Positions 52,461-64,000 of a DNA stretch of 64,000 nt are shown piece by piece; positions within the stretch are counted from its first letter, which is position 1, and every line of letters starts with the position of its first letter. Origin of the DNA: Antedon mediterranea (taxonomy: Eukaryota > Animalia > Echinodermata); the NCBI RefSeq assembly GCF_964355755.1, contig NC_092671.1:9238001-9302000 (forward strand), read 5' to 3'. Position numbers and translations under genes: made by a program. The notes beneath the pieces were generated by a model. The model ran no database searches. It saw only the letters and a program-made list of their open reading frames with translations, and was not told where the DNA came from.

Positions 52461-53736
52461 GATCTGTACAAAAATTGTAACCAGCAACTATATAAGACAG
52501 AATAACTAGGATGAAGACAATTATGATAAAGTAGCCAAGCAGCTCAGAATAATTTAGCTAAGAGGATGATGGATGAGATCAAATGTTGCCAAATCCAACC
52601 CAACGAGAGCTGTTGGAGAAAGAATGCTAGGAGATACGATCAAATGCTGCAGTCAAGTGATATAGCAGCTTAATGAGATAGAGACCAATCTACAGTAGTG
52701 GTCACAGATTAATATTCAATGATTGCATCATATTCTTTTTTGATTTACCAATACAGGATTCCGGTCAATACGGCACTTCAGAAAGTTTGATGTTTCCATC
52801 CTCTTCCGCTTATCTAAACGGCATTCTTAGAAATGGATCACCGTACCGTAATCTGCGGATTGCAGATCAGGTATAGAAGACGTAAAATACTACCTGCCTC
52901 AGTTGAATTGCAAGGACAAACCATGGATTAAAATTAAATAGCACATTTTATCTATGGACATAAATACACATACATCCGAGATTGTTCAATTTAATTTCTA
53001 ATGATAGGCCTTCAATACCTGGATCCCCAAAAATACGCATGAAATATGGTAAACACATCCGATAATACACATACGGTATCATGAATAGATAACCGTACCG
53101 TGTCTGCAAACGGAATATTTTGTCCTATGGACTACTGTAACGTCTCCTATTGTATAATAGTTAATACTTCTACTGTTCATTTCTGCTCGGTCAATTTAGC
53201 GTTGATGTTATGTGCACTTTTTTTCTATAATTTGTTAGAGTTATAATCCAACTGTTACTGGTACTGCACAATGTAAATAATCGCATTTGATTGTGGTTTC
53301 CCGACCCCGAACTTACCCTTCCCCCTCACCCTGTTTGACATCATCTTGTTTATATTTTGAACTTTATTTAACAAGTCGTGTCCTTCACCAACCCTGTGAA
53401 ACAAATACCTATTATCGAATGAACCCTAATTCGACTTTTTGTATTGTTTGTATGTGCATTAATTAATTAGTTGATTTGTTACAATCAGCATTTTGCCATG
53501 ACCAGTGTTTACAACTCAAAATCCTATTGATTTGTTTTTGATTTGTGACAAATGTAAAATTGTTTGTCAGATTTGCTTTATGTTTGCGAATCAATTGTTC
53601 CATTAAGATGCATTTTATATTCAGGGACAAGGTCGGTACAAACGGCCACTCAACCATTTTATTTTTTTTATGTTATATGTAAATATGATAAATTAGTTGT
53701 CGATATTTTCGTTATTGTGTATTCAATCGTAAATAG

Positions 53737-53795
53737 ATCGTAAATCGTAATCGTAAATCGTAATCGTAAATCGTAAATCATAAATCGTAAATCGT
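53737..53795. repeat. (atcgtaa/atcgta)n microsatellite
   Basis: Read directly from the sequence. Confidence 0.85.
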
Positions 53796-54249
53796 TATGT
53801 TGCATGCATGAAGAGTTATTTCAAACCCGATACATTTTGATATTCGGTATAATGTAGTTGTCTAAAAGTTTTTTTTTATACTTTCAATCCGAGTAATCCT
53901 GACACTGTTTGTATTCCAACAAGGTTGTGAAGTAAACAATATCAAATCAACAGTACAATAATAGCATCCGTTTTTATTACCGGTTCTCCAAGTACATGTC
54001 GATTCTGTTATTTCAAAGGAAGCATTAGCATCTATTATGAATGTGTGTTTTCTTCCAACGTCAAGGTTTTACGACAATTTTAATCCTCTTAGAGACAAAT
54101 AATGATTCTAGAACCCTGGTTTAATAAAATTGTTTACATGCTGAGAAACCTTGTAAATCTGTGTTTATTCTTTTCGCTTCTCAAGGGTGTGATGTTTACC
54201 ATGACCTCTGAATAAACATATTTTGGGAAGTATGATAGTTATAATGATG

Positions 54250-54655
54250 GCCAACCGGTAGAGGGGGTGTTAGTGTGTGAGGGGCCAACCAGTAGAGGGA
54301 GTTTTTATATACCATGTGAGAGGCCAACCAGTAGTAGGAGGAGTTACAACAGAGTGTGAGGGGGACAACCAGAAAGGGAGTTTCAGTGTGTGAGGGGCCG
54401 ACAAGATGATCATTTCAGTGTGTGAGGGCCAACCAGAGTGATTTCAGTGTGTGAGGGCCAACAAAAGTGAGTTCAGTGTGTGAGGGCCAACCTGTGTGAG
54501 TTTGTGTGTGAGGGGCTAACCAGAGAGAGTTTGAGTGTGTGAGGGGATAACCAGAGTAAGTTTCAGTGTGTGAGGGGCTAACCAGAGTTAGTTTCAGTGT
54601 GTGAGGGATCAACAAGAGTGAGTTTCAGTGTGTAAGGGCCAGTCAATAGAGGGGA
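54250..54655. repeat. About 30-bp degenerate minisatellite (gtttcagtgtgtgaggggccaaccagagtga)
   Basis: About 13 variable units. Confidence 0.9.
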
Positions 54656-56911
54656 TGGTTTGATGAGCCAAACAATAAAAGTAATGTTCCAATGTACGAG
54701 GAATTCATTACTCAACAAGATTTGCGCGCGCTGAAATAAAACAGTTTTTATTAATTCAGAATGAAAACACACAGAACACAATGTTTACAAACGAAATATA
54801 TACATCCTCGTTCGGTGCATAGTTTCAGTTCGTAAGTGACGCTTGGTATCAATTTCCGGTGTGTGCCAAAATACGGTTTTTTTGCCTTGTGAAGGCCCTA
54901 AAAGTTTTTTATTTGGTCTAAAGATGAATCCTGTTTGTTTTGTTTCTGTGTTATTCATTCATTCAAATTTAGAATATGGTATTTACTTTCCTCGAATTTC
55001 TGCGAATATTTATATCAAGTCGAGTTTCAAATAGTGGTTCGAAAAGACTCTTCTATATCTCGAAGTGTCTCAGAACTTAGAACCTCTTGTTAGTAGGAGA
55101 GTTTCGATTGTAGGGGAGCCTCGATAGAGTTGACTGCAGAGTTATCATTTTTTTTTGTACTAGGTCGCTACCGTAGGCAGACCTACTGTAATAAAGTGGA
55201 TAAGATTCTATTTTTCTTCTTTTTTGTAAATACTTTTTCTCATGCTTGGACTCTCAGTGGTGTCAATGTTTTCTCTATATTCATTTTTTTAAACTAAAGG
55301 ATGAAAGGTGAAATTGCTGTTTTCCACACTTTTCTGGGAGTATCCATTATTTTCCAGTGTCTAAGATTGTTTTAAAAGTGCCCTCTAGTGTGATGTATTT
55401 TGTTCATGTTTTATAACACCCTCTCTTGTTTGGCCATGCTAAATCAGTGTTTAAACGTACCCATAGTGGTTGACTAGGCCATCATAGTCTACTTTCTAAA
55501 TTAATTGTTGGACCATAGACCTACATATGTCGTGGAACTAAACAGATTGAATGAAATGAAGCGTTTGTTCGGTTCCTCACACAAAGAAACTCTGACTTTA
55601 TCCGACTCCGGCTACAGATATCAACCCGCCGATTGATTCAACTAAATTAACTCACTAACAACTGTTAACTGTTGCTTAATTAAAACATTAATTCAAACAT
55701 CCTCAAAGAAGTTCCTGTCTAAATCATTGTTGGTTACGTTACTCGGCTTGATAGCGAAAAGTGTCGTTTTGTCAATATGTGGTGGACCGTTCGCGTGTAA
55801 GCCTTTTTATCGTCTGGCATCTATCATCTATAACTATAATTCAACTATGAAAGACGGAAATTGTTGAGTGTGAAGAAGAAGTGCGTCGGTTGTACCATTC
55901 ATGTGAAAAATAGATATCTGAGAAGTTTCTAAGGAAAAGCTCGATTTCAAGTTCAGGGTAAACAGAATGACTAGGCTACTTTTTTCCTCTCTAAAATGAA
56001 TTAAAGTTTTTCTTCTGCATCATGTAATACGAAGGATTGCGTGTGTGACTGAAATACAATGGTACGCGTTTGACATAATCTGTGATTCACTAATAATTTG
56101 ATTACCATCAACATTAGTGTTTAAAATGAATGATGAGTCAACATTATGTAATTCTCCGTAATACGAATATTATAAATGAACATAATACATGTATGTTTAT
56201 GATGCCCATTCGTGACGCCATACCATAATATAACCGCTATAACGTCTTTCCACAAAATAGAGCTTTTTTATAACGCCGTTCATTGGGGTTTGGCTAACGT
56301 GGAATGATCAACCAATTTCCCGTTACAAATAAAAAGTTTTAAAAGGCTTGCATACCTAACAACTAAAATGTCATTAGAACCACCGGATAATATACCATGG
56401 TATTCGTAGGAACACAATCAATATCAACAGTTAGGCTAATAGGTGCCTCGCAAAACGACCTTTCGTCGGAGGCTTATTTAATCATCAATGCAATATCTTC
56501 CCATATCTTACTAATTTAGTAATGTATTTTGATGGTGCTTCATGACATGTGACATTTTCCACATAGATTGCATTATACAGGATGAAAACTCAGAATTTTG
56601 GCGCTGTGACGACACGGAACATTCACACTGACTCATAATTATATAGCAATGATCTATATTCGACTAATAGCGTTTAAATATACATTCATAATAAAAGAAG
56701 ATAAGATATCTTCATTGAGGAGGCTCGACTCGAGATTGATTTCCTTTAATTAAAAAAATGATACAAAGATTTCCGTCTGAAGATTCTTATACACAGCATT
56801 ATTAGTATCATTTTCCTTTTTTTGTTGATGTTGTGACAGATGTTTGCTGTATATATACAACTTTTACATTGTGGCGTAATCTTGTACTGTACTTTTTCTG
56901 ACCTTCTTTAA

Positions 56912-57083
56912 ACGTCATGGTTCCCATTAGGACGCAACGCAAGGAAACGCAAAGTAAGCGTGTTGACAAATTATGAGAAATTGTTAAGCAACAGTTCGGA
57001 TAATCCATCGCTTGTGATTGGTCAAATTGCTTACGTTGCGCTTACGTCGTCCTTGCGTTGCGTCTCTAGTGGGAACCACGCGT
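56912..57083. mobile_element. Harbinger-like MITE family B, copy 1
   Basis: TIR ggttcccattaggacgcaacgcaagga / tccttgcgttgcgtctctagtgggaacc; the ends are approximate. Confidence 0.75.
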
Positions 57084-57170
57084 TAGCCACTATTATCCTG
57101 ATTCATTAAATCGACGTAGAAATAAGAAAAAAAAGTAAGTTTATTGAACATCGTCAGAATGTTCGTAAAT

Positions 57171-57851
57171 AGGGAGGTTTCGCAACCTAAAGCTTGGTTC
57201 CCACTAGAACGTAACGCAAGGACGTAAACGCAACGCAAGCGTTTTAACCAATGAGAAGCGAAGTTATAGACAGTTAGCAATCTTAAGCGAATAAGCCATC
57301 GCTTGTGATTGGTCAATTCACTTGCGTTGCGTTACGTCCTTGCGTTGCCTCGCTAGTGTGAACCACGCTTTACGAATACGATAACGAAAACGGATACGTC
57401 ATACATTTGTGAAACTTTTGAGCTGATTCCCATTTCATATTCGTAAAGCGTATTCGTGTTGACGAATATCACCAGTCATATTCGTAACTACAAAACGAGT
57501 ACAGTTTTTGATCTATTTTGCACATTTTGCATTTGAATCAGGAATGATTCATGATTATAATATAATTATAGATTTATTGAAAGTAATTTACTAAAGTAAT
57601 TTACTAAAATGCCAAGTCAATTTTGATAAATAGAAGTCCTCACTTGCTTTGATGTTACGCTAGGTCTAGGCAGCCAAGCACCAAGCAACACGTACCTGCG
57701 CTTCGTTCAAATTTACCGCAGTCATATTTTGAACGCGCCTCAATATTTCGTTGCCATGCGAAACAGATTTTTTTATGGCTTACGAAAACGAATACGTGTG
57801 CGTGACGTATCCGTTTTCGTTATCGTATTCGTAAGTTTGCGAAACCTCTCT
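57171..57851. mobile_element. MITE with about 50-bp TIRs (TA-GGGAGGTTTCGCAA...TTGCGAAACCTCTC-TA); the left TIR is split by a nested MITE
   Basis: Removing 57191-57372 gives a left arm agggaggtttcgcaacc-taa-cgaatacgataacgaaaacggatacgtca, which closely matches the reverse complement of 57803-57851. Confidence 0.85.
57191..57369. mobile_element. Harbinger-like MITE family B, copy 2, nested
   Basis: TAA|AGCTTGGTTCCCACTAG...CTAGTGTGAACCACGCT|TTA. Confidence 0.85.
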
Positions 57852-59377
57852 ACTACCTTTATGGATCCTGGATTAGATTTAAATATATCTGTATGTCTAG
57901 CTATACATGTTGCATTTATTTACGTCTGTCGGTCTGTTGAAACATGTTATAAAATTGATCAAGCTAACAAAACGTCTCGAACATCAAAAATGTTTATAAC
58001 TGTTGCATGAGCCAAGTTGTCTAAGTGGTCTAATATACTTTTTCTTCTTTTTGACGATGGATCTTTCCATGATTATTCTCAAATTCAATAGATATTATAA
58101 TGGAATTAGAAAACATTAGTATAGCATAGAAATCTAAGGATTTATAATTTAAGTAAGTGTTTAAAGTTGAAGTTGTACTCTTAGCGTTCCAAATATTACG
58201 TTATTTTGAGATTTGGATGTAATGATAAGCTAAATGTATATATCATCACGATGGAGATACTCCTCGATAAATTCTATTTAGGTTGTAAAAAACGTATTAT
58301 TGTAAGAAAAAAACTTGTCGACAGGAATTCTCTAAAGAGTACTGGAAACCGATGATAACCACAATTACGTTAGGCTTATGTCATAGAACTCAACTTTCTC
58401 ATACACGACTGCATGGAATACCCCAGGGTTGCAATATAGATAATAGTTTCAGACAAGCCTTAGAAAGTTGACTAGCCAAACATCGCCAATCTCGTTTAAT
58501 CATAACTACAATATTCAATATGTATACCAAACGAAGCAGGTGCTTGTCAGTTTGGTAACCATTCAAATGTACAGTACATACATGCAAGACAGCATCCATA
58601 AACAAAAACAGTTACGTACAAAAAACAACATGGGTCGCCCACGACCGGCCATGCACCTCCGGTAGGCCTAACCCCTCTGTTAATCACCAAGACGAGTTTA
58701 ACATCATTGTAGCTTATACAAATTCTTATAGTATCTCACTCACCAAAGAAATTCGATTTTGAGTATCATCAGTCTTCTAGGCCTATGTTCACACCTTTCG
58801 ATCTCATGGCTGATCCCAATTATTTCATTATTCGAATAATGTAAGAGGCCCAACCCCGTAATTAGGACTATTTCTCGCTGTACGATATAAAATGTATTTA
58901 TAGATATATACACACAATAATTAATACAGAAATTAGGCTTCCTAATTCTACTAGATACCTTTAAGCTTCTAAAACTAAGTTAAGCTCGGTGGTCTTAGCT
59001 AAGTAGGCTTATCGACTTTGCACCAGAGCTGACGTACACCTACCCATACGCTTCATTTCCCATCATTGTTATCCACTGGTTATATTAAATCCAGAGGCTT
59101 CCTGGCCATAATCCCTACCACCCACAAACATTGCCAAGATGATGGATGTTTAAAACCCCTGTTTTCTTAGAACAATTTCAGTAGGCATAAGTGTAATGCC
59201 ATTGTTTATTTTGTTTAGTTACTGTACTTTATACTGTTTACTACTTCCGAAGATGATAACATAGGTTTATTGTGGTCTATTGTACTATTTCTAGTATATA
59301 GGTCTGATGGATTAAGTGTACATTAAAATGGCGAAAGATGCATATACATTACACTTCATTGTGTGTTTTTTTCTTTA

Positions 59378-59576
59378 AGGGTAAGTCCGGGTTTAAAATG
59401 TATTTTCTTTATTTTAGAGTATAGGCCGTAATCTCTGCAACAAAATTATTTTTCGTCAGCAGCGGTAGTGCAAAACGAGCTTATTTTATTTTATATATAA
59501 TTTTTTAAAATATTATTTCACCGCTTTACCGATTATATTTGATAACAAACAATAGACGCTTACCTGGAGCCAACCT
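59378..59576. mobile_element. Degenerate TTAA-flanked (Kolobok-like) element
   Basis: ttaagggtaagtccgggt ... acctggagccaacctttaa form weak inverted ends. Confidence 0.35.
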
Positions 59577-61419
59577 TTAAATTTAACCATGATTTGAATC
59601 AGTCAACATTTAAACAAATATTTAAAATAAAGTTACAAATTAAACAAAAAATTGAGTAGGTTTACGTCTGGTATTCAGTAGAAAGAAATAAAGGGGATTA
59701 AAGTATGATAATAATCCATTGAAAGTCGTAGGATTAATGATTGCAAGAATGGATTATGGGTTAAGGCAACGGATTATCGTCGTTTAATGGACATTTAGAA
59801 CATCTTCTGAACAGAAGGTCAGTCCGCCAGAATTAGGACTTAGACAATATTTTGAAAAGTTGTGTATTTCTGAACTATAATTTAGATTTTTGCGATCAGT
59901 TTTATAATACTGTACAGTTTTTACAAAAGACGCAAAAGATAAATATAATACACATTAATTGATTAAAATACAATTCCGATCGGTTTGATTTGTTTCTTAT
60001 TAACCGGTTCTTACCGCTCTGTATCTATAATTCATCCAGTAACATAGGCATATAATGTAGTGTAATATCACTATATGACGCCTGTATCATAGAACACAAG
60101 GCTAACCGTAAAATAAAGTCACATGTGATACACATTATGCAACACTCATGTGTTACACATTTTTGCCTATAATTTAGATAACACAGTGGAGATACAGTCC
60201 AGATAATCGGGTTTTATCGATCAGCATAAGAGAGGGCGTCAACATTTGTTGTTACACAGGAAAATCAACCAGGAAGGAATGCGTTTGTAATTTGTATGCC
60301 TAACTGATGAGTTCATGGGAAATTATTCCACCGTAAATTAATTCGTGTGTGTGTGGAAATCCCACGGTTCCGCTTATGAATTTTAGATAACAACGGCTAT
60401 TAATTTAGTAATCATGAGAAAATAATCATTATAATGTTACAGTTTGTAATACCGATGATAGAAGTTGACGTTCTTAGCTTCCCATATCATTCATATTGGA
60501 GAATACCCTTAGGACTTTTTCTTCTGCTGGTTACAATTTTGGTTTGAAATAATACTTTCACAAAATTGAATTTTGAATTTCTAATTATTTGGTGCCATCC
60601 ATGACGTGTATTGGAAGTATTGATAGGTTGAAACGTCTGTTTACCAACCCATTGCTTTCCCGCCTTGCTTTCAATTATGAGGCACCGGTATTTTGTATAG
60701 ACCAATTCAATACTAGGTAGTTTCAAAACGTACAGGCTCAGTCTAATGTTACCAGCGATAAGAGCACAATCTAAAGCTGTAATTGAGTCAAAATCTCAAA
60801 GTTGTCAGGGCCTACATCTGCCATTGAGTTAAAGTTGACCTTCTGATTAATGTTAATTGATAAGGGAACACGTATTGTCAATACACACCGAACCCGCTTC
60901 CCGGTTTAACAAGGCAAGTGACACGATGAAAGTGATCTTAAACATCGGAAACACGCATGTGTGTCAAACTTATCGTCTGATAATATGATGACGGACTTAG
61001 TAAACTAGGTGAAAAGTTTTTATGCTGTAGAGGGCGGTATTAAATGTACCGTTCCTGCCTGCCTCCTTATTTCTTATTATATCTCCTGAGAATTCGATGT
61101 GAGCAGATTTACTTCGGTTGTGCAGGTCGATTTTGAACTGTTTCCTTTAATATCCCTCCATTCCAACACTTTATAAATCAAATCCAGATGCCTCGTTATT
61201 GAAAATATCAATCTAGAGATTTTAACTGATCGGCTTTTTTTGCCAACAATAATAGGCCTACATGTTCTTCAGTTTTTATTCGTTCAGTTCATTGCTCAAG
61301 CCAATGTAGAGAAAGACAGTTTTTTTTAAACATTACTTTAACATCAGTCAATCTCAGTTATATGGTATCGAGGGGCATGTGTTGAAATAGAAATTAAGAT
61401 GTACACCACGTATATTATT

Positions 61420-61487
61420 TCTGAAAAGAACTGTTGAGTTTCTCGACGTTTCGATCAATATGCTTAGATCGTCCTCAGAAGTGAGAA
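61420..61487 (-). ncRNA. Penelope-like-element terminal fragment with a minimal hammerhead ribozyme motif
   Basis: The minus strand reads ctt-CTGAGGA-c-GATC-taagcatatt-GATC-GAAAC-GTC-gag...aacagttcttttcag. It has the CUGANGA/GAAA core, stem II, the ACGT palindrome and a GUC cleavage triplet. Stem I is weak. Confidence 0.6.
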
Positions 61488-62320
61488 GAATAAAGTTAAA
61501 CGACTGTTGGAAATTCCTCTTGTATAAACTTATTCTTTACCCCTCTCGTATGAAGAGTCTAAAACTCCCATCCTAGTTAAAATCAAATCTCAACCCCCAG
61601 TCCAACCCGGCCCATCATCGCATTACTGTGTTTTTGACGTTTATTGCCGTCTATGCCACATATCACTCCACTTTAAAGCCATGTCTCCAATGTTTTCATA
61701 ACACATCAATCTCCAACATCTGTTAACGGGTCAAAATGGGCAAGCCATACAGTGCCTTGGGTATGTCGTCTGGGAGCCTTTTTCTCTCAAAGCAAACCCC
61801 CTTACGTAATACAGTGACATTCGATACCTTGCTGTTACAATCAGTACTAATTGACAGTATATGTATGACACAGGTGGGAATAGAACATCCCTCGTCACAC
61901 TGACAGTTACTGGGTATCAGATGAACTTGTTGGCATCACATTGTTTGTTTGTGTTATTATTGACTTTGATGATTTGTAATGATGACGAAAAGTGTCAACA
62001 TTTAATTCAGTTACATTGATTTGATGTTTTGCAATTGAAATCTGTCCTAAACACATTTCGACAACATAATATAGATCGATGAATTTAGACGTTGTGACTA
62101 TTAAGCTATTATAATATGAGTGATGTTAAAGTTCTTAAAAGAAGAACGTTGTGTTTACAAATTTAGAAGCGTTACAAATGAAGATCCGTTGCATTTAGAA
62201 TCGTTAGGGGCCTACATGTACAATCTTTACAATAACACTTACACGTGTAATCGATACAGTAGATTCATATAACGGTTTAACGCGCAATTTGTACATACAC
62301 AAAATCGACTATTTACATGG

Positions 62321-62480
62321 ACAATCATTACATAGGCCTACATGCGGACTCTTTTCATGTACAATCATTACATAGGCCTACATGCGGACTCTTTTCATGT
62401 ACAATCATTACATAGGCCTACATGCAGACTCTTTGCATGTACAATCATTACATAGGCCTACATGCGGACTCTTTGCATGT
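62321..62480. repeat. 40-bp tandem repeat x4 (acaatcattacataggcctacatgcggactcttttcatgt)
   Basis: Read directly from the sequence. Confidence 0.95.
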
Positions 62481-63406
62481 TTTATATCAAACCATAATTA
62501 TATAATTAGTAAACAAATTTGTCATAATGATTTTGAGAAAGGCAAACAGTTGCACGCTTTTAGTCAACATTGACGTTTTGAGGTAATCATATAAATCATA
62601 AAATACTAATTATAAATAAAATATCTGGATTTTGGTGTCAAATGCTCACATCAATGACGACTTTTAGCCAGAACGCCACCACGCGGTCACGATGTTAAAT
62701 CCCATGAGTATAGTAGCGGTCCTACGGACGCTTGGCAGCTATCCCATGGGCATAAAATTTCCTTTTTTATGGTCCTCTTCCTCTTATCTTTAGATTTCAG
62801 AACATCAATTTTGTTTATCAGTACAGCTAAACTGTATTCGAGTGAATAAGTAACACCGGATGATAAAACGAATGCAAGTTAACCTCTCCCCTTCGTGTTT
62901 GACCTAAACACAAGAAGGGTTTCGAACTTTATAGTATAATTATTAATTGAATTAGGCATGTAAACAATTTATCTAGCAAGCACATTCAAAATATTATTTA
63001 AAAAAAATTAGGTTTAGGCCTATTTGTGATAACATAGCCTTAATTAAACATGATCGAATTCAGCTTTTAGTAAATTAAATTTTGCAAACGATACGGTAAT
63101 GTAAAGAGGACATCAGATTTAAGTGCAGCACATCACCATTTTTACCCATATTTCAATCCGCCCATGACATGTTTGACAATATAACAATAGAAGAGGTGAA
63201 GAATGTTTGAACGACCATTTGAAAAGGTCCACCTGAGCTAGGAACATTTTAAATTCAGTATCAATTTTTCTTTTCCGGCTTAAAACGCACTTAAATGGCA
63301 TTCGATCCTTCTTTCTTTTGGCACACCATGGTGATATTATAATTGTCCCTTCCGTGAAAATATCACCCCTCATATTTTCACCCAGCATATACTGCATACA
63401 ACAGAC

Positions 63407-63548
63407 AACACAGACAGCAGTGCATACAACACAGACAGCAGTGCATACAACACAGACAGCAGTGCATACAACACAGACAGCAGTGCATACAACACAGACA
63501 GCAGTGCATACAACACAGACAGCAGTGCATACAACACAGACAGCAGTG
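63407..63548. repeat. 21-bp tandem repeat x~7 (caacacagacagcagtgcata)
   Basis: Read directly; it produces the spurious TTQTAVH ORF. Confidence 0.95.
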
Positions 63549-64000
63549 TTTGTAACTTTACTTATTTTCTTCAGATTATGTTTAATTTTGTAATGAACAA
63601 ACTCGTATTATTCGTTTAATTTTCTTTATTCTTAGGCTATATATACATACTTCTATATTTTACTTTACAGTTAGACAAGCGTTTTGTTAATTACACATTA
63701 TAAAATCCATGTAATATTCTAAATCATGTATAATCACTTTACATTACTCATTTTTTTCACAATAAACACAAGCTTTCATTTTATTTACAAAATCAATGTC
63801 CATGATTAAAAACTGCAGCCCGCCCTCACCCGATGTAATATGTAAAACTTTCTGTCAAGTTTTTAAAGACATTCGTTGAACGATGGAGAAAGTTTGGAAA
63901 ACTTGATGCGTACATGGTTGTCCGTCTGTCCGCTTGAAATAAGCCGTACTGTTGAACTTTGACACTGCAGTGGAATGGAGAGACCACCTGTAACGTAAAA

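Noticed and set aside
60304-60330. CTGATGA...GAAA as a second hammerhead (also at 17678)
   Set aside because: No pairing stem II or stem I around the core words.
60487-60726. 79-aa ORF as a gene
   Set aside because: Non-ATG start; at best a decayed LINE ORF2 C-terminal remnant (NTR motif).
63318-63593. ORF with TTQTAVH repeats (mucin-like)
   Set aside because: It is open only because a 21-bp tandem repeat lacks stops in that frame. It has a non-ATG start and no supporting gene structure.

Overview
AT-rich genomic DNA from a multicellular animal (GT-AG spliceosomal introns, MITEs, minisatellites). It is probably a marine invertebrate such as an echinoderm, but that is inference only. Two intact minus-strand protein genes can be built by hand. 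(1) A two-exon, strongly divergent beta-tubulin at 4-1726 (446 aa) begins MPEI instead of MREI and has many substitutions in the taxane and benzimidazole pockets. (2) An 11-exon PLP-dependent aminotransferase class V / cysteine-desulfurase-like gene at 28448-33958 (747 aa) has a Cys-rich insert and an acidic C-terminal tail with a KRKRKR basic cluster. I found no other convincing gene. The rest contains non-autonomous DNA transposons (Mutator-like with 9-bp TSD, Harbinger-like with TWA TSD, Kolobok-like with TTAA TSD, one nested pair), P-element-like mini-palindromes, a Penelope-type hammerhead motif, tRNA-derived relics, LINE/transposase relics and several minisatellites. TA-(G/C core)-TA words such as TAGGCCTA are strikingly common and look like transposon excision footprints; one is visible as an insertion in a minisatellite unit. 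All coordinates, counts and alignments were done by eye.
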